A stretch of DNA of 64,000 nt from an uncultured Actinomycetes bacterium (GTDB taxonomy: Bacteria; Actinomycetota; UBA4738; HRBIN12), in assembly GCA_963734275.1 (NCBI GenBank), contig CAVTGO010000006.1, forward strand, positions 15,274 through 79,273. The letters run 5' to 3'. This document shows, in pieces, positions 1-9,733 of the stretch (the stretch's first letter is position 1; the number at the start of each line of letters is the position of its first letter). The notes beneath the pieces were generated by a model. That model saw nothing but the letters and a program-made list of their open reading frames with translations, was not told the origin of the DNA and ran no database searches. The translations under genes were made by a program, and so were the position numbers.

Positions 1-769
1 GTCCTTCAGCCCCTGGAGGTAGCCGGGGTCGGGAAGGATCACGCCGCAGTTCATCATCGCGGGCTCGACGATCATCCCGGCCACGTTGCCGTCGTGCTCG
101 GCGAGCGCGCGCTCCACCTCGGCGAGGTCGTTGAACGGCACCACCCGGACCAGATCCGCGAACGACTGCGGGATGCCCGGCGCTTGTGGCAGCGTGACGG
201 GGTGTTCGCGCTCGCCGATCAGGTCGGGGTCGGGCGCCACGGAGAACATCAGCGCGTCGTGGTGCCCGTGGTACGTGCCCTCGATCTTGATCAGGATGTC
301 GCGGCCGGTCGTGGCGCGCATCAGGCGCGCGGCCTCGAGCGTCGCCTCGGTCCCCGAGTTGCAGAAGCGCCAGAGCGGCAGACCGAACCGCTCGACGAGG
401 TTCTCGCCCACCGCGTGCAGGTCCTTCGTCGGCTGCGCGAAATGCGTGCCGCGCCGCGACCTGGCGCTCGATCGCCTCGACGATCTTCGGGTGCGCGTGA
501 CCGGCCACCATCGCGCCGTAGCCGAGGTGGAAGTCGAGGTACTCGTTCCCGTCGATGTCCCACAGGCGGTTGCCCTGCCCGCGGTCGATGAAGATCGCGT
601 GCGGCGGGGAGTCCTGCCAGCTGGAGGCCACGCCCCCGGCCACGGTGCGTTCCGCGACCGCGCGGTACTCGATCGAGGCGCGGTGCTTGGGTTCGAGCGT
701 CGCCTCCTCCTGCTCGATCAGGTGGTCGATCCGCTCGAGGTCCAGCTCGGTCGTCTCGTCGACCGCCAT
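1..769 (-). pseudogene. Class-III PLP aminotransferase (glutamate-1-semialdehyde aminomutase-like); 3-prime end lies beyond the window; apparent +1 frameshift near 450-458
   Basis: Manual minus-strand translation from ATG at 769 gives [10 protein letters not shown]...[35 protein letters not shown]. The family motifs [11 protein letters not shown]...[16 protein letters not shown]...[10 protein letters not shown]...VEPAMMNCG continue only in the next frame. Confidence 0.7.
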
Positions 770-921
770 GGCGGTACCGCCTCCTCACGGGGCGCGCGGT
801 GCCGATTGCGGCGCCCGGAACGCTCGTTTGAACGACCGTTCAATGATGCCCGGCGTGACCGCCCGGTCGTCAAGGGCTCGAGGGGGGCGTTGATAGACTC
901 GGCTCCGCTTCCTCGGAGCGT

Positions 922-999
922 GGTGGCCGTAGCTCAAGTGGTTAGAGCGCCAGGTTGTGGTCCTGGAGGCTGGGGGTTCAAGTCCCCTCGGTCACCCCA
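922..999 (+). tRNA. tRNA-His (anticodon GTG) with encoded G-1 and CCA
   Basis: Hand-folded cloverleaf. G-1 at 922; acceptor GTGGCCG/CGGTCAC; TA+GCTC D-arm; anticodon stem CCAGG/CCTGG with loop TTGTGGT; T-arm GGGGG-TTCAAGT-CCCCT; C73 pairs with G-1; CCA at 997-999. Confidence 0.9.
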
Positions 1000-1054
1000 A
1001 AGCACGGCTCGTCCGATCGAACGAGGCGCGCCGCACGCGTTGCTAGACTGCCGC

Positions 1055-1131
1055 GGGCCTCTAGCTCAATCTGGCAGAGCAACGGACTCTTAATCCGCAG
1101 GTTCAGGGTTCGAATCCCTGGGGGCCCACCA
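1055..1131 (+). tRNA. tRNA-Lys (anticodon CTT) with encoded CCA
   Basis: Acceptor GGGCCTC/GGGGCCC; D-arm GCTC..GAGC; anticodon loop CTCTTAA; T-arm CAGGG-TTCGAAT-CCCTG; ACCA at the 3-prime end. Confidence 0.9.
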
Positions 1132-1597
1132 ACGAAACCGCACGTCGGTCGGCCATTTCAGTTCTTGTAGCAGCGGCGGAGTCGTCGCTGTCCCCGTCTC
1201 CGCCCCGTCCCGGTCGGGACCTCGTCAGAACCTACGAATTCCGAATCCGCAGGTTCGTCGATGAGTCGCCGGAGCGGATCAGAAGAACCGCACGTAGATT
1301 CCTCCGTCCGGTGATAGCGCGCGTCCGTGCGCTCACGCATCAGCCCCGTCTCCGACACGCCCTGGTCACGGTGCGGGCCGGCGAGCTGTTTCTACAGATG
1401 ACAACGATCGACCGGGCGCAAATCACGGAGGACCTCGCTCGCAGTTGGTTTCTGTCGAAGATCGGTGTACCCCGCTGGCTGGGATGGCTGGGTCAACCTT
1501 GGTCAACGTGGGAGGTCTTCGAGCAGGGGGCAAGCAAGGGGCCCGCCCCGAGTCCAACCAGCCTCGGGGCACCGCGTAGAAGGTTGTAACTCGCCCG

Positions 1598-2020
1598 TCA
1601 AACGGCCCGCAGCCTCGACAAGACCTCGGCCGAGTCATCGGCATCCCAGCGCTCGACCACGCTTCCCTCCTCGAAGTGCATGATGGTGATCCCCGTCACC
1701 GAGATCTCCCGGCCGGTCGCAGGTATGCCCATCAGCTCGCTCGTGTGCGTTCCAGTGACCGTGTACCTCACCGCAAGCCTCTCTCCGTTACCGAAGGTCT
1801 CGTGAATGTCGAGTCGCAAATCGGAGGTGGCGGCATGGAAACCCTTGTACATGCTCTCGACCGCCTCCTTATCGGGGAAGTCGTAGGTCCCGGCGTGGAG
1901 CTTGATGTTCCCGGCGTAGAGCTCCATGTACGAGTCCACATCGCCGGAGTTCCATGCCTCGACGGCGCGCATCAGGGAGGCCTCGTTCTTCCGCACGTCC
2001 ATGGCAACTCCCGACCTCAT
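1598..2020 (-). CDS. SnoaL-like / ester cyclase (NTF2-fold) protein
   Basis: The translation (NEASLMRAVEAWNSGDVDSYMELYA...TGREISVTGITIMHFEEGSVVERW) is typical of ester-cyclase/SnoaL family. The start may be ATG 2002 (GGGAG 6 nt upstream) rather than 2020. Confidence 0.75.
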   Translation of the reverse strand: MRSGVAMDVRKNEASLMRAVEAWNSGDVDSYMELYAGNIKLHAGTYDFPDKEAVESMYKGFHAATSDLRLDIHETFGNGERLAVRYTVTGTHTSELMGIPATGREISVTGITIMHFEEGSVVERWDADDSAEVLSRLRAV

Positions 2021-2466
2021 CAGTGCCCTTCGGCTTCGAGGAAGCGCATCCCGTGCTTCTCGAAGATCCCGATGATCCGCTCCATGTCGAGCTCGTCCTC
2101 GGCCGGCTCGGGCTGGCTCGTCGGGACGCCGGCCTCACGGAACAGCTCGTCGCGGTTCTGTGGCGAGATCCACAGCCATCTGCCGGAGCTTGTCTCGTCG
2201 AAGGCCAGCGCGTGGGGAACTCCCATCGGCAGGAACGCCAGACTCCCCGGCTCCCCCTTGAAGGTCTCGTCGCCGCATGTGATGGTCACGCTGCCCTCGA
2301 TGTAGTAGTGCACCTCGTCCTCGTTGTCGTGCACGTGGAGGGGGACCTCCCAGCCGGGAGGGTTCTCCAGCTCGTACACGTTGGGGCCCTTGATCGTGCC
2401 TTTCGCGCCGACGGCCCAATATGACTCGCCTTCACCTGGAAGGTTGACGTATCCGTTCGCGGTCAT
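2020..2466 (-). CDS. Cupin domain protein
   Basis: Cupin motifs PLHVHDNEDEVHYYIEGS...GEPGSLAFLPMGVPHA. ATG at 2466 is preceded by AAGGAG. The longer ORF to 2619 has an Arg/Gly-rich, non-protein-like N-terminus. Confidence 0.8.
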   Translation of the reverse strand: MTANGYVNLPGEGESYWAVGAKGTIKGPNVYELENPPGWEVPLHVHDNEDEVHYYIEGSVTITCGDETFKGEPGSLAFLPMGVPHALAFDETSSGRWLWISPQNRDELFREAGVPTSQPEPAEDELDMERIIGIFEKHGMRFLEAEGH

Positions 2467-2693
2467 GACGACTCCTTTCCGGTCGTGCTGCAGCTCGGTA
2501 CTGCGACCTGCGCCCCCGTGATGTGCAGCGTCCCCGATCTGCTCCTCCTTCCTTGGTCGGAGGCCAGGGGCCCGCCGGGTGTCCGCCCTACGCGTCCGTC
2601 CGGCGAGCCCACCGGCCAAAGAGCACGGTAAGACCGAGCTGGGAGAGCGAGCATCGGGGTATGCACGCAGTTGACGTGCTCACGACACGTAGA

Positions 2694-4394
2694 TCAGATC
2701 AGCCCGTGCGTGTGCGCGTAGGCGGTAGCGGCTGCACGAGCGGCCTTCCCGTGCGCGCCGACCTTCGCATAGATGTTCGAGATGTGCCGCTCGACCGTGC
2801 GCACCGAGAGGAACAACGACTGCGCGATCTCCTGGTTCGACAGGCCCTTCGCGATCTCGCGGAGGACCTCGACCTCGCGCTCGGTCAGCACGGTACCACC
2901 CTCGGCCCGAGGGCGGGCCGTCGAGCCGAGCCGCTTCAGCGTCTCTTCGGCCACGGCCGCGTCCGCGGCCGCGCCGAGCTGCGAGAGCGTGGTCAGCGCG
3001 ATCTTCGCTTCGTGCTCGGCCGCGTCTCGCCGGTCGAGTCCTGCAAGCACGCGCGCCAGTTCCAGCCGGGCTCGCCCCGACTCCTGGACCCCTCGCGACC
3101 GCTCGAAGAGGTCGACGGCGTCTTCGAGGCTGCGTCGAGCCGCCTCCGGATCGCCGGCGGTGACCGCGGCGATCCCTTCCACGAAGCTCGCCGTGGCTCG
3201 AACCGCCTCGGTTCCTAGTGCCTCGGCCACCTCCTTCAACTCCACGAGCGCGTCATCCGCCCGTGCGGCATCGCCCTCGCGAAGACGAGCCAGCGCGAAG
3301 GCTGCCAATGCGTCGAGACGCTCCGGCGGGATCTCTCGAGGCACCCGTCGCAGATAGCGCTCGGCCAGATCCGAGGCCCCGGCGTGGTCGCCGCGATCGA
3401 GGGCCACGAACGCGCGCGAGAGAAGGATGTCGGGACCGAATGCGCCTCGGAGCGGCTCGGAGCCGATCTCGTCCAGCAGCGCGAGCGCATCGTCGAACCG
3501 GCCCTGCCGCCGGCGAAGGTCTGCCAATCGAGCCGAGGCCATCGCGCCTATCGACGGCTGAGACCCACCCAGCTCCGACAGCGTCGAGCGCAACTCGCTC
3601 TCGGCCTCCTCCCACTCCCCCTGCCAGATCAGCGTGTTGGCGATCTCGCTGCGGCAGTACGAGAAGGTGGTCCGGTCGGTCCAGTCCCGGCAATAGTCCA
3701 TCGCCTTGCGCGCCCACTGCGCTGCGCGGTCGTAATCCCGCACGCGCTGGCAGGCGGTGATCATGTAGCAGCACGTGTTGGTGATGACGGCCCGGTCGGT
3801 CAGCTCACCGCCGATCGCTGCCGCGACCGCCTCGTCGAGGAGTGGCATGCCCCCCTTCACGTCGCCGGCGAGCACGAGGCAAAGGCCGGCCTGCCCCGTG
3901 GCCATCATCTCGAGATGCACCTCGCCGAGCGTGCGTCCGAGTCTGGCGGCTTCTTCGGAAAGCTCGCGGCCGTTCGCGGCGTCCTTGTCGTAGATCGCGG
4001 CGAGGAACCCTTCGCCTAGGGCGACCCAGCCGTGGATCGGCGTGGGATCGAGGTCCTCGACAAGCCCCTTCGCGCGGCGCAGCCATCCTCGAGCCACAGC
4101 GGGGGCGCCGAGGAACCCGATATGGGTCATGGCGATGCTCATGGCCACCCGCGCCGCATCGAGGCGGTCACCGCGCTCGCGGAACGCCCGGTAAGCGCGC
4201 TCCCGTGCGTTGTCCGACGCCTCGACATCGGCGAGCCAGGAAGCCGCAAGGCCCAGACCCTCGAGCGCTTCCGGTGTCTCCTGGTCGGCGAGCGATGTCT
4301 CGAATAGCTCGCGCGCGTCCTGCCATGACCCGCGCATCAGTGCCTCGCCGGCCCGGGCGAGAGCGTCGGTCGAGCTGGGGTTGGACTCCTGCAA
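2694..4394 (-). CDS. LuxR-family transcriptional regulator with TPR-like helical repeats
   Basis: C-terminal LuxR HTH LTEREVEVLREIAKGLSNQEIAQSLFLSVRTVERHISNIYAKVG. The long Ala/Leu/Arg-rich helical N-terminal region resembles TPR regulators. Confidence 0.85.
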   Translation of the reverse strand: MQESNPSSTDALARAGEALMRGSWQDARELFETSLADQETPEALEGLGLAASWLADVEASDNARERAYRAFRERGDRLDAARVAMSIAMTHIGFLGAPAVARGWLRRAKGLVEDLDPTPIHGWVALGEGFLAAIYDKDAANGRELSEEAARLGRTLGEVHLEMMATGQAGLCLVLAGDVKGGMPLLDEAVAAAIGGELTDRAVITNTCCYMITACQRVRDYDRAAQWARKAMDYCRDWTDRTTFSYCRSEIANTLIWQGEWEEAESELRSTLSELGGSQPSIGAMASARLADLRRRQGRFDDALALLDEIGSEPLRGAFGPDILLSRAFVALDRGDHAGASDLAERYLRRVPREIPPERLDALAAFALARLREGDAARADDALVELKEVAEALGTEAVRATASFVEGIAAVTAGDPEAARRSLEDAVDLFERSRGVQESGRARLELARVLAGLDRRDAAEHEAKIALTTLSQLGAAADAAVAEETLKRLGSTARPRAEGGTVLTEREVEVLREIAKGLSNQEIAQSLFLSVRTVERHISNIYAKVGAHGKAARAAATAYAHTHGLI

Positions 4395-4402
4395 TGGCTC
4401 CC

Positions 4403-5116
4403 TCAGCCCCTGCGCACCGTCCGGTTCAGCTTAGCGACCCGTGTCCCGGCCAGGCGTGATGCCTCGCTCCGGCGGTTCCAAGTCGGCAGGGCCCGCCCCA
4501 ATGAAGCGGGACCAAGGACGCGGATCTGCTCCGCTCGGAGCGCGTCGATCCACTCGATCCTGCCGAGGTGCCACTCGGCGAGTGCTCTGGCGTCCGCCTC
4601 GACGAAGAGATCGACCTCGAACCCCGGATCCTTCCGGCAGATCTCGGAGCGGTCACCGTCGAAGAGCACCCACATCGTCTTCACCTTGCCCGGTAGACCG
4701 GGGAAGTCGAAGCGGACGACGACCCGACGGTCGGGAAGGCGGTCACGTTCCAGGTACCAGTGGACCCAGGCGTGGAGCACGAACCCAGGGTCGAGGTGAT
4801 GGGGCCCGAGCTCGATCCATCGCTCGCCCCAAGCGCCCAGCGCCTTCATCACGATCATCAGGTCGCGTCCGGCCTCGGTCGGATGGTAGAGCGATCCGCG
4901 ACCCGAGGGGCTCGGCGACGTCTCGATCACCCCGGCGCGCTGAAGCTGCCGCAGCCGGGTGGTGAGCAGCGTCCGGGAGAGGCCCGGGGCGCCGTTCGCG
5001 ATCTCCGTGAACGTGCGCGAGCCGTTCAGGACGTTGCGCAGGATAATCGGCGTCCACCGCTCCGCGAAGACCTCCGAGGCCCTCGCGATCGGGCAATACT
5101 GGCCGTAGGTCCGCAC
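4403..5116 (-). CDS. HxlR-family winged-helix regulator with a C-terminal extension domain
   Basis: The N-terminus YCPIARASEVFAERWTPIILRNVLNGSRTFTEI...LSRTLLTTRLRQLQRAGVI is the HxlR signature. Confidence 0.85.
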   Translation of the reverse strand: MRTYGQYCPIARASEVFAERWTPIILRNVLNGSRTFTEIANGAPGLSRTLLTTRLRQLQRAGVIETSPSPSGRGSLYHPTEAGRDLMIVMKALGAWGERWIELGPHHLDPGFVLHAWVHWYLERDRLPDRRVVVRFDFPGLPGKVKTMWVLFDGDRSEICRKDPGFEVDLFVEADARALAEWHLGRIEWIDALRAEQIRVLGPASLGRALPTWNRRSEASRLAGTRVAKLNRTVRRG

Positions 5117-5198
5117 GGAGCGAGTCTCGCACCGGCGGGTCCGGAGCGCCAGTCCACTTCCTGTACCTCGTCGGACTCAAGCGGCGCGCTCCCGGGCG

Positions 5199-6080
5199 TC
5201 AGCCCTCGAGTCCAGCCCTAAGCGCCGCCTCGAACGCCACGGGCTGCTCGACGAACGGCAGGTGCCCCGCATCGTCGATCGGGTACAGCGACCATCCGTA
5301 CGCGGCGCTCGCCCGCTCGGCGTACCGGAACGGCATCACCCGGTCCTGACGCCCCCAGATCATCGCGACCGGCACCCGGATCTTCCGGAGCTGCCCGGCC
5401 GGAACGGGCTTCGTCCCGACTTCGCGCAGCAGCGTGCGGTTCGCGGCGCTCACGCTCGGCTGCCTCGCCCGGTCGATCTGATAGTCCTCGAGGGCCGCCA
5501 GGCGCTCGCCGGCCGCGGCCCTGACGCGATCGGCGTCCCGGAAGATCTGCCGCTGCAACCGCGCGACGCTGGCCCGGTCCGGTTTCCTGATCAGCCGGAT
5601 CAGCGCGAACAGCAGGGTCGGCGGCGGGAGGAACCGACCGAGCGAGCCGGAGTCCACGAGGATCACCCTGCGGAGCTCATCGCTCCGCGCCACCGCCAGG
5701 CGCAGCGCGATGCTGCCGCCCATCGAGGCGCCGAGCATGATCGGCGGCTGGTCACACGTCTTCGCGATCAGCTCGGTAAGCCACTCGGTCACGCGACTTC
5801 CGCTCAGCGTCCCGCTTCTGATCGTGGACCGTCCCATGCCCGGGAGGTCGGGGGCGATCACGCGATACCGGTCAACCGTCATTTGGACGAACGGCGCCAT
5901 GATCTCGGCAAACCCGCCTTGCCCGTGGATGAGCACGATCGGCGGGCCATCGCCGCCCTCGAGCAGCGAGGTCGACACGCCCTCGACGTCGAGTCGCCGG
6001 TGCGTCACCGGCAGGCCTTGAATCAGGCGAGCCGCGAGGCGGTCCGGATCCGTCGTCTCGTTCGAGTCGTTCGGTGCCAT
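5199..6080 (-). CDS. Alpha/beta hydrolase
   Basis: PPIVLIHGQGG and nucleophile elbow GASMGG, with a C-terminal DDAGHLPFVEQP. Start chosen at ATG 6080 (AGGGAGGA 5 nt upstream). The longer ORF to 6227 would run over the tRNA-Lys fragment. Confidence 0.85.
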   Translation of the reverse strand: MAPNDSNETTDPDRLAARLIQGLPVTHRRLDVEGVSTSLLEGGDGPPIVLIHGQGGFAEIMAPFVQMTVDRYRVIAPDLPGMGRSTIRSGTLSGSRVTEWLTELIAKTCDQPPIMLGASMGGSIALRLAVARSDELRRVILVDSGSLGRFLPPPTLLFALIRLIRKPDRASVARLQRQIFRDADRVRAAAGERLAALEDYQIDRARQPSVSAANRTLLREVGTKPVPAGQLRKIRVPVAMIWGRQDRVMPFRYAERASAAYGWSLYPIDDAGHLPFVEQPVAFEAALRAGLEG

Positions 6081-6184
6081 CGGGTCCTCCCTCGTTCCCT
6101 CGATGTCCCCTCGATCTCTCTCGTCCGTCATCTTCCGACCGAATGGCCGGGCGTCGCTAGGACAAGAACTGGACTTCCGCACCA

Positions 6185-6227
6185 GACTCTTCATCCGCAG
6201 GTTCAGGCTCGAATCCCTGGGGCCCAC
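6185..6227 (+). repeat. Degenerate copy of the 3-prime half of tRNA-Lys (att-like scar)
   Basis: gactcttCatccgcaggttcaggCtcgaatccctggggcccac aligns to tRNA-Lys 1085-1129 with 2 substitutions and 2 single-base deletions (hand alignment). Confidence 0.75.
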
Positions 6228-6260
6228 GGCTAAGTGTTTGGTCTCGGCTGGAGGTCGCCC

Positions 6261-7835
6261 TCAACGGGAGGCGATGCGCACCGAGCCGTCAGCGCGAGGG
6301 TCGGTCGCTGCATCCATCTGACCGCCTGCACCCTTGTTGATCAACTGTCCATGACCAACTTCTTCATCAAAGTCTTCCAGCAGGACGACCGGCATGCCCG
6401 TTCGTGCAAGATCCCTCAGCAACGCCTCGCCGGCTCTCCGCTCCACATGCAGAACGTCGGTCGGTTCACCCTCTTCCAAGCCACCCACCACCCATCGAGG
6501 AGCCGCCAGGGCGTCGGCTGCGGACTCGGAGCGAAGCGTTCGCAGGAGCAATTGGAGATGGATCTGTGGCTGTGCCTTTCCTCCCATGGCTCCCTGTATG
6601 CCGACCAACTCGGTGTCTCGACGGATCATGAGCGGCATCAGGGTGTGCAACGGACGCTTACCGGGCATGAGGACGTTCGGGGAGTTGGGGTCCAGATCGA
6701 AGGAGGCGCCGCGATTGTGCAGGAGGATGCCCGTGTCGGGCTCGAGGAGGCCGGAGCCGAACGTGTGGAAGACGCTCTGGATCACGGAGGCGGCGTTGCC
6801 TTCATCGTCCGCGGTAACGACCGCAACCGTGTCACCCTTCGGGATCGCGGCTTCCGTTCCGATATCCGTTCCCGCTTCGAGGAGGGTCCGGGCGCGATCC
6901 AGAAGCTCCGCTCCATAGCGCTCAGACAGGATCTCGGCCAGCGGGACGTCCTCGAATCGAGGATCCGCGAGGTGACGATCACGATCGCGGGAGGCCAAGC
7001 GACAGATCTCGACAAGCATCGGGGCATGCCTTCCAAGCGGATCGGGGACCTCGTCGAGATGTGCGAGCGCGGCCAGGATCTCGAGGAGCACGAAGCCCTG
7101 AGAGTTCGGTCGCGTCGTGATCACTTCGACGTCTCGGTATGCGCCGGCGATCGGAGTGGTGATCTCGGTCTCGTGGTGCTCCAAGTCGTCGAGCGAAAGG
7201 GCACAGCCGAGGGCGTTGAGACCCGCGATCAGTCGTCTGCCGAGCTCACCGCCATACAGCGCGGACGCGCCATCGGCTGCGATGCTTCGAAGCGAACTCG
7301 CCAAGGATGGTTGTCGCAGCAGCTCACCTTCGGTCAGCGGCTGGCCGTTGACCGAGAATGTCGATCCCATGCCCGGATCGGATAGAAGCTCCGACGAGTT
7401 ACGCAATGCACGATCCAGCGATCTGGCGACGGGGACACCTTCAGCAGCGAACTCGATCGCGGGGGCGAGGGCGGCAGCCAGAGGAAGTCGCGCCATCCTC
7501 GCCATCGACCCCCACGCCCCCACCGCTCCAGGTACGGTGATCGGCATCGGCCCTCGCAACGGCATCTGAGGTGAGTGTCGCCGAAGCGTTTCTGGCGAGC
7601 ATGCAAGAGCTGCAGCACCCGACCCGTTGAGTGCCGTCAGCGCACCATCCGGTTGGGCAAGAAGCGCCATGATGTCGCCGCCGATGGAGCATTGGTGCGG
7701 ATAGACAACCGTCAGAGCAGCAGCGGCGGCCAGCGCTGCATCGATGGCGTTCCCCCCGTCGCGGAAGATGGCCTCGCCGGCGTCGGTAGCGAGCCGGTGG
7801 GGTGTCGCGATGGCACAGCGCACGCTCGTGCTCAC
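6261..7835 (-). CDS. ggt: Gamma-glutamyltransferase-family Ntn hydrolase (paralog 1)
   Basis: N-terminal ATPHRLATDAGEAIFRDGGNAIDAALA; catalytic Thr context GDTVAVVTADDEGNAAS...FGSG; PGKRPLHTLMP. The GTG start overlaps the upstream stop (GTGA). Confidence 0.88.
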   Translation of the reverse strand: MSTSVRCAIATPHRLATDAGEAIFRDGGNAIDAALAAAAALTVVYPHQCSIGGDIMALLAQPDGALTALNGSGAAALACSPETLRRHSPQMPLRGPMPITVPGAVGAWGSMARMARLPLAAALAPAIEFAAEGVPVARSLDRALRNSSELLSDPGMGSTFSVNGQPLTEGELLRQPSLASSLRSIAADGASALYGGELGRRLIAGLNALGCALSLDDLEHHETEITTPIAGAYRDVEVITTRPNSQGFVLLEILAALAHLDEVPDPLGRHAPMLVEICRLASRDRDRHLADPRFEDVPLAEILSERYGAELLDRARTLLEAGTDIGTEAAIPKGDTVAVVTADDEGNAASVIQSVFHTFGSGLLEPDTGILLHNRGASFDLDPNSPNVLMPGKRPLHTLMPLMIRRDTELVGIQGAMGGKAQPQIHLQLLLRTLRSESAADALAAPRWVVGGLEEGEPTDVLHVERRAGEALLRDLARTGMPVVLLEDFDEEVGHGQLINKGAGGQMDAATDPRADGSVRIASR

Positions 7836-8827
7836 CCTGGAAGGAAGTGAACTTCTGTGCCCACCCCGGCCGCGCGCGCGAGCTCAACCGCTGCTTGGGC
7901 ACAAACGAGATCCTGGATCGCTACGCCCGACGAGTCGAAGAGCGTGATCTCGGTATCGTCGGATCGCCCTTGCTTGCGGCCCGACAGAAGCTCTCCGAGC
8001 GTCGGCCCGAGATCGTCAACCTTCGCTGCACCGGCTGCAACTGCTTCCGCGAACTTCCCGTCCCCCAGTGACTCGCTCCGCCCGTCCGGAAACACCTTGG
8101 CAACCGCCATGACCTCCGGCGCGATCTCCGAACGGATCCCGAGCGCGTTGATGTGTTGCCCCGGGCGGATGTGTTCCTTCAACAGCACGCGATCGGGAGA
8201 GTTCGTCGCGGTCACGATCACGTCCGCATCCCGGGTGGCCTCCCCTACGCTGGCTACCGGGTAGGCGTCGTAACCCAATCCATCGTGGGCACGGGCTGCG
8301 AAGTCTTCGCGTCGCTGGGGTGAGCGCGAGTACACGGACACGGCTCTCAGAGCCGGACAAGCAACCGCGAAGAAGGCCAGGCTCCACCACGCGAGCACGC
8401 CGCTGCCCACCACCCCGACAGATCTCGCGTCGTCACGAGCTAGGACCTCCGTGGCCAGCGCCGCTCCCGCCGCGGTCTTCAGCGCCGTGATATGGACTCC
8501 ATCCACGATCGCCACGGGGAACCCCGACGTGTCATCGAACAGCACGATGAGTGCTCCGAGGTTCGTGCCCGACGGATTCTCGGGGAAACGGGCGACGATC
8601 TTCGAGCCGAGCGCGCGCGACTCCGGCTCGTAACCAGCAAGGATCTTCAGCCAGCCGCGGGACTCTAGCGGTGGGCGAAGCCAGAGGTTCGGAGAGAGGG
8701 TGGCGCGTTCCTCGGCCAGATCGATGAACACCCGACGCTGTTGCTCCAGAACGGTCGGCACGTCGAGGAGAGAACGCACCTCGTCGTACCCGAGAACGAG
8801 AGTCGAAGGAGCGGTCGGGTTTCCCAT
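7832..8827 (-). CDS. Ornithine cyclodeaminase / mu-crystallin family protein
   Basis: The translation is typical of the OCD family, with a Rossmann stretch VGVVGSGVLAWW. Start taken at ATG 8827 (GGGAGA upstream); the ORF extends to 8857. Confidence 0.8.
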   Translation of the reverse strand: MGNPTAPSTLVLGYDEVRSLLDVPTVLEQQRRVFIDLAEERATLSPNLWLRPPLESRGWLKILAGYEPESRALGSKIVARFPENPSGTNLGALIVLFDDTSGFPVAIVDGVHITALKTAAGAALATEVLARDDARSVGVVGSGVLAWWSLAFFAVACPALRAVSVYSRSPQRREDFAARAHDGLGYDAYPVASVGEATRDADVIVTATNSPDRVLLKEHIRPGQHINALGIRSEIAPEVMAVAKVFPDGRSESLGDGKFAEAVAAGAAKVDDLGPTLGELLSGRKQGRSDDTEITLFDSSGVAIQDLVCAQAAVELARAAGVGTEVHFLPG

Positions 8828-8946
8828 GTTTCTATCTCCCGCAACGAGTTCACGCATGGTCCGAACATGCCTGCCAAAGGGGGACGCAACGTCAAGCGAG
8901 AGCCGATCGTGGGGCGATTAGTATAGCAAGAGCTTTCGAGGCGGGA

Positions 8947-9717
8947 GTGACGACGAGCGGTTACGCGAACGGAAGTCTGGAAGGCAAGTCGGTGATCGTG
9001 ACCGGCGCGAGCTCCGGTATGGGAGCCGAGATCGCCCGTGCTATGGCTCGCGAAGGCGCCAACGTCACCATCGTCGCGCGTGACGCAACCAGGCTGCGCG
9101 ACACGGAACGAGACGTAGCAGCGACAGGTGCGACTGTAACCAGCGTGTTGGTCGACATCGCGACCGACGAGGCACCACGCCAGATCGTCGAGACAGCCGT
9201 CGGATCATTCGGCCGGATCGACGTGCTCGTGCACAGCGCCGGCATCTTCGAGCCCGTTCCCTTCGAGGAAGCGACCCTCGAGAGCTTGGACAGACAGTGG
9301 GCGGTCAATGTCCGCGCCCCGTTCGCGATATCGCAGGCGGCTCTCCCTCATATGGGCGAGGGCTCCTCGATCATCGTCATCACCTCGCTGGCCGGAAAGG
9401 TTGGGTTTCCGCAATCGACCGCATACTGCGCGACCAAAGGTGCCCAAGAACTCTTCGTGCGTTCACTAGCAACAGAGCTGGCATCACGTGGGATCCGCGT
9501 CAATGCGGTCGCTCCCGGCAATGTGCACACGGGCATGAACAACGAGACTTACGACGCCGACCCCGAGTACATGCAACGTCTCATCCAACGTACGCCTGCC
9601 AAGAGGATCGGCGAAGTCTCCGACATCGCTCCCGCAGTCGTGTTCCTCGCTTCCGATGCGGCGCGATTCATCCTCGGAGCGACGTTGGCTGTGGACGGAG
9701 GCTGGACCGCTCAGTGA
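8947..9717 (+). CDS. SDR-family oxidoreductase
   Basis: TGASSGMG cofactor motif and YCATKGA catalytic motif; NAVAPG. Confidence 0.9.
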   Translation: MTTSGYANGSLEGKSVIVTGASSGMGAEIARAMAREGANVTIVARDATRLRDTERDVAATGATVTSVLVDIATDEAPRQIVETAVGSFGRIDVLVHSAGIFEPVPFEEATLESLDRQWAVNVRAPFAISQAALPHMGEGSSIIVITSLAGKVGFPQSTAYCATKGAQELFVRSLATELASRGIRVNAVAPGNVHTGMNNETYDADPEYMQRLIQRTPAKRIGEVSDIAPAVVFLASDAARFILGATLAVDGGWTAQ

Positions 9718-9733
9718 TCCGAAGAAGATGGTC

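Larger units (their letters stand above)
1132..6184. mobile_element. Possible decayed integrated islet bounded by tRNA-Lys and a degenerate copy of its 3-prime half; no integrase recognised
   Basis: Direct repeat 1085-1129 versus 6185-6227. The cargo is regulators and small enzymes. 1132-1597 has no convincing coding signal. Confidence 0.35.

Noticed and set aside
1132-1597. ORFs 1158..1358 (-) and 1311..1589 (+) next to tRNA-Lys as possible integrase remnants
   Set aside because: The translations show no tyrosine-recombinase motifs (R..HxxR..Y) or any family I recognise, and the ORFs overlap each other. I treat the region as non-coding pending a tBLASTn search.
6081-6227. Longer version of the alpha/beta hydrolase ORF (start at 6227)
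   Set aside because: The extra 49 residues are Ser/Arg/Lys-rich and non-homologous-looking, they overlap the tRNA-Lys fragment, and the internal ATG 6080 has a much better Shine-Dalgarno.
8918-8929. Sixth operator-like site TTAGTATAGCAA in the OCD/SDR divergent intergenic region
   Set aside because: Only the GTATA core is shared (about 7 of 11 positions), and the palindrome is broken. It is too weak to count without a position-weight-matrix score.
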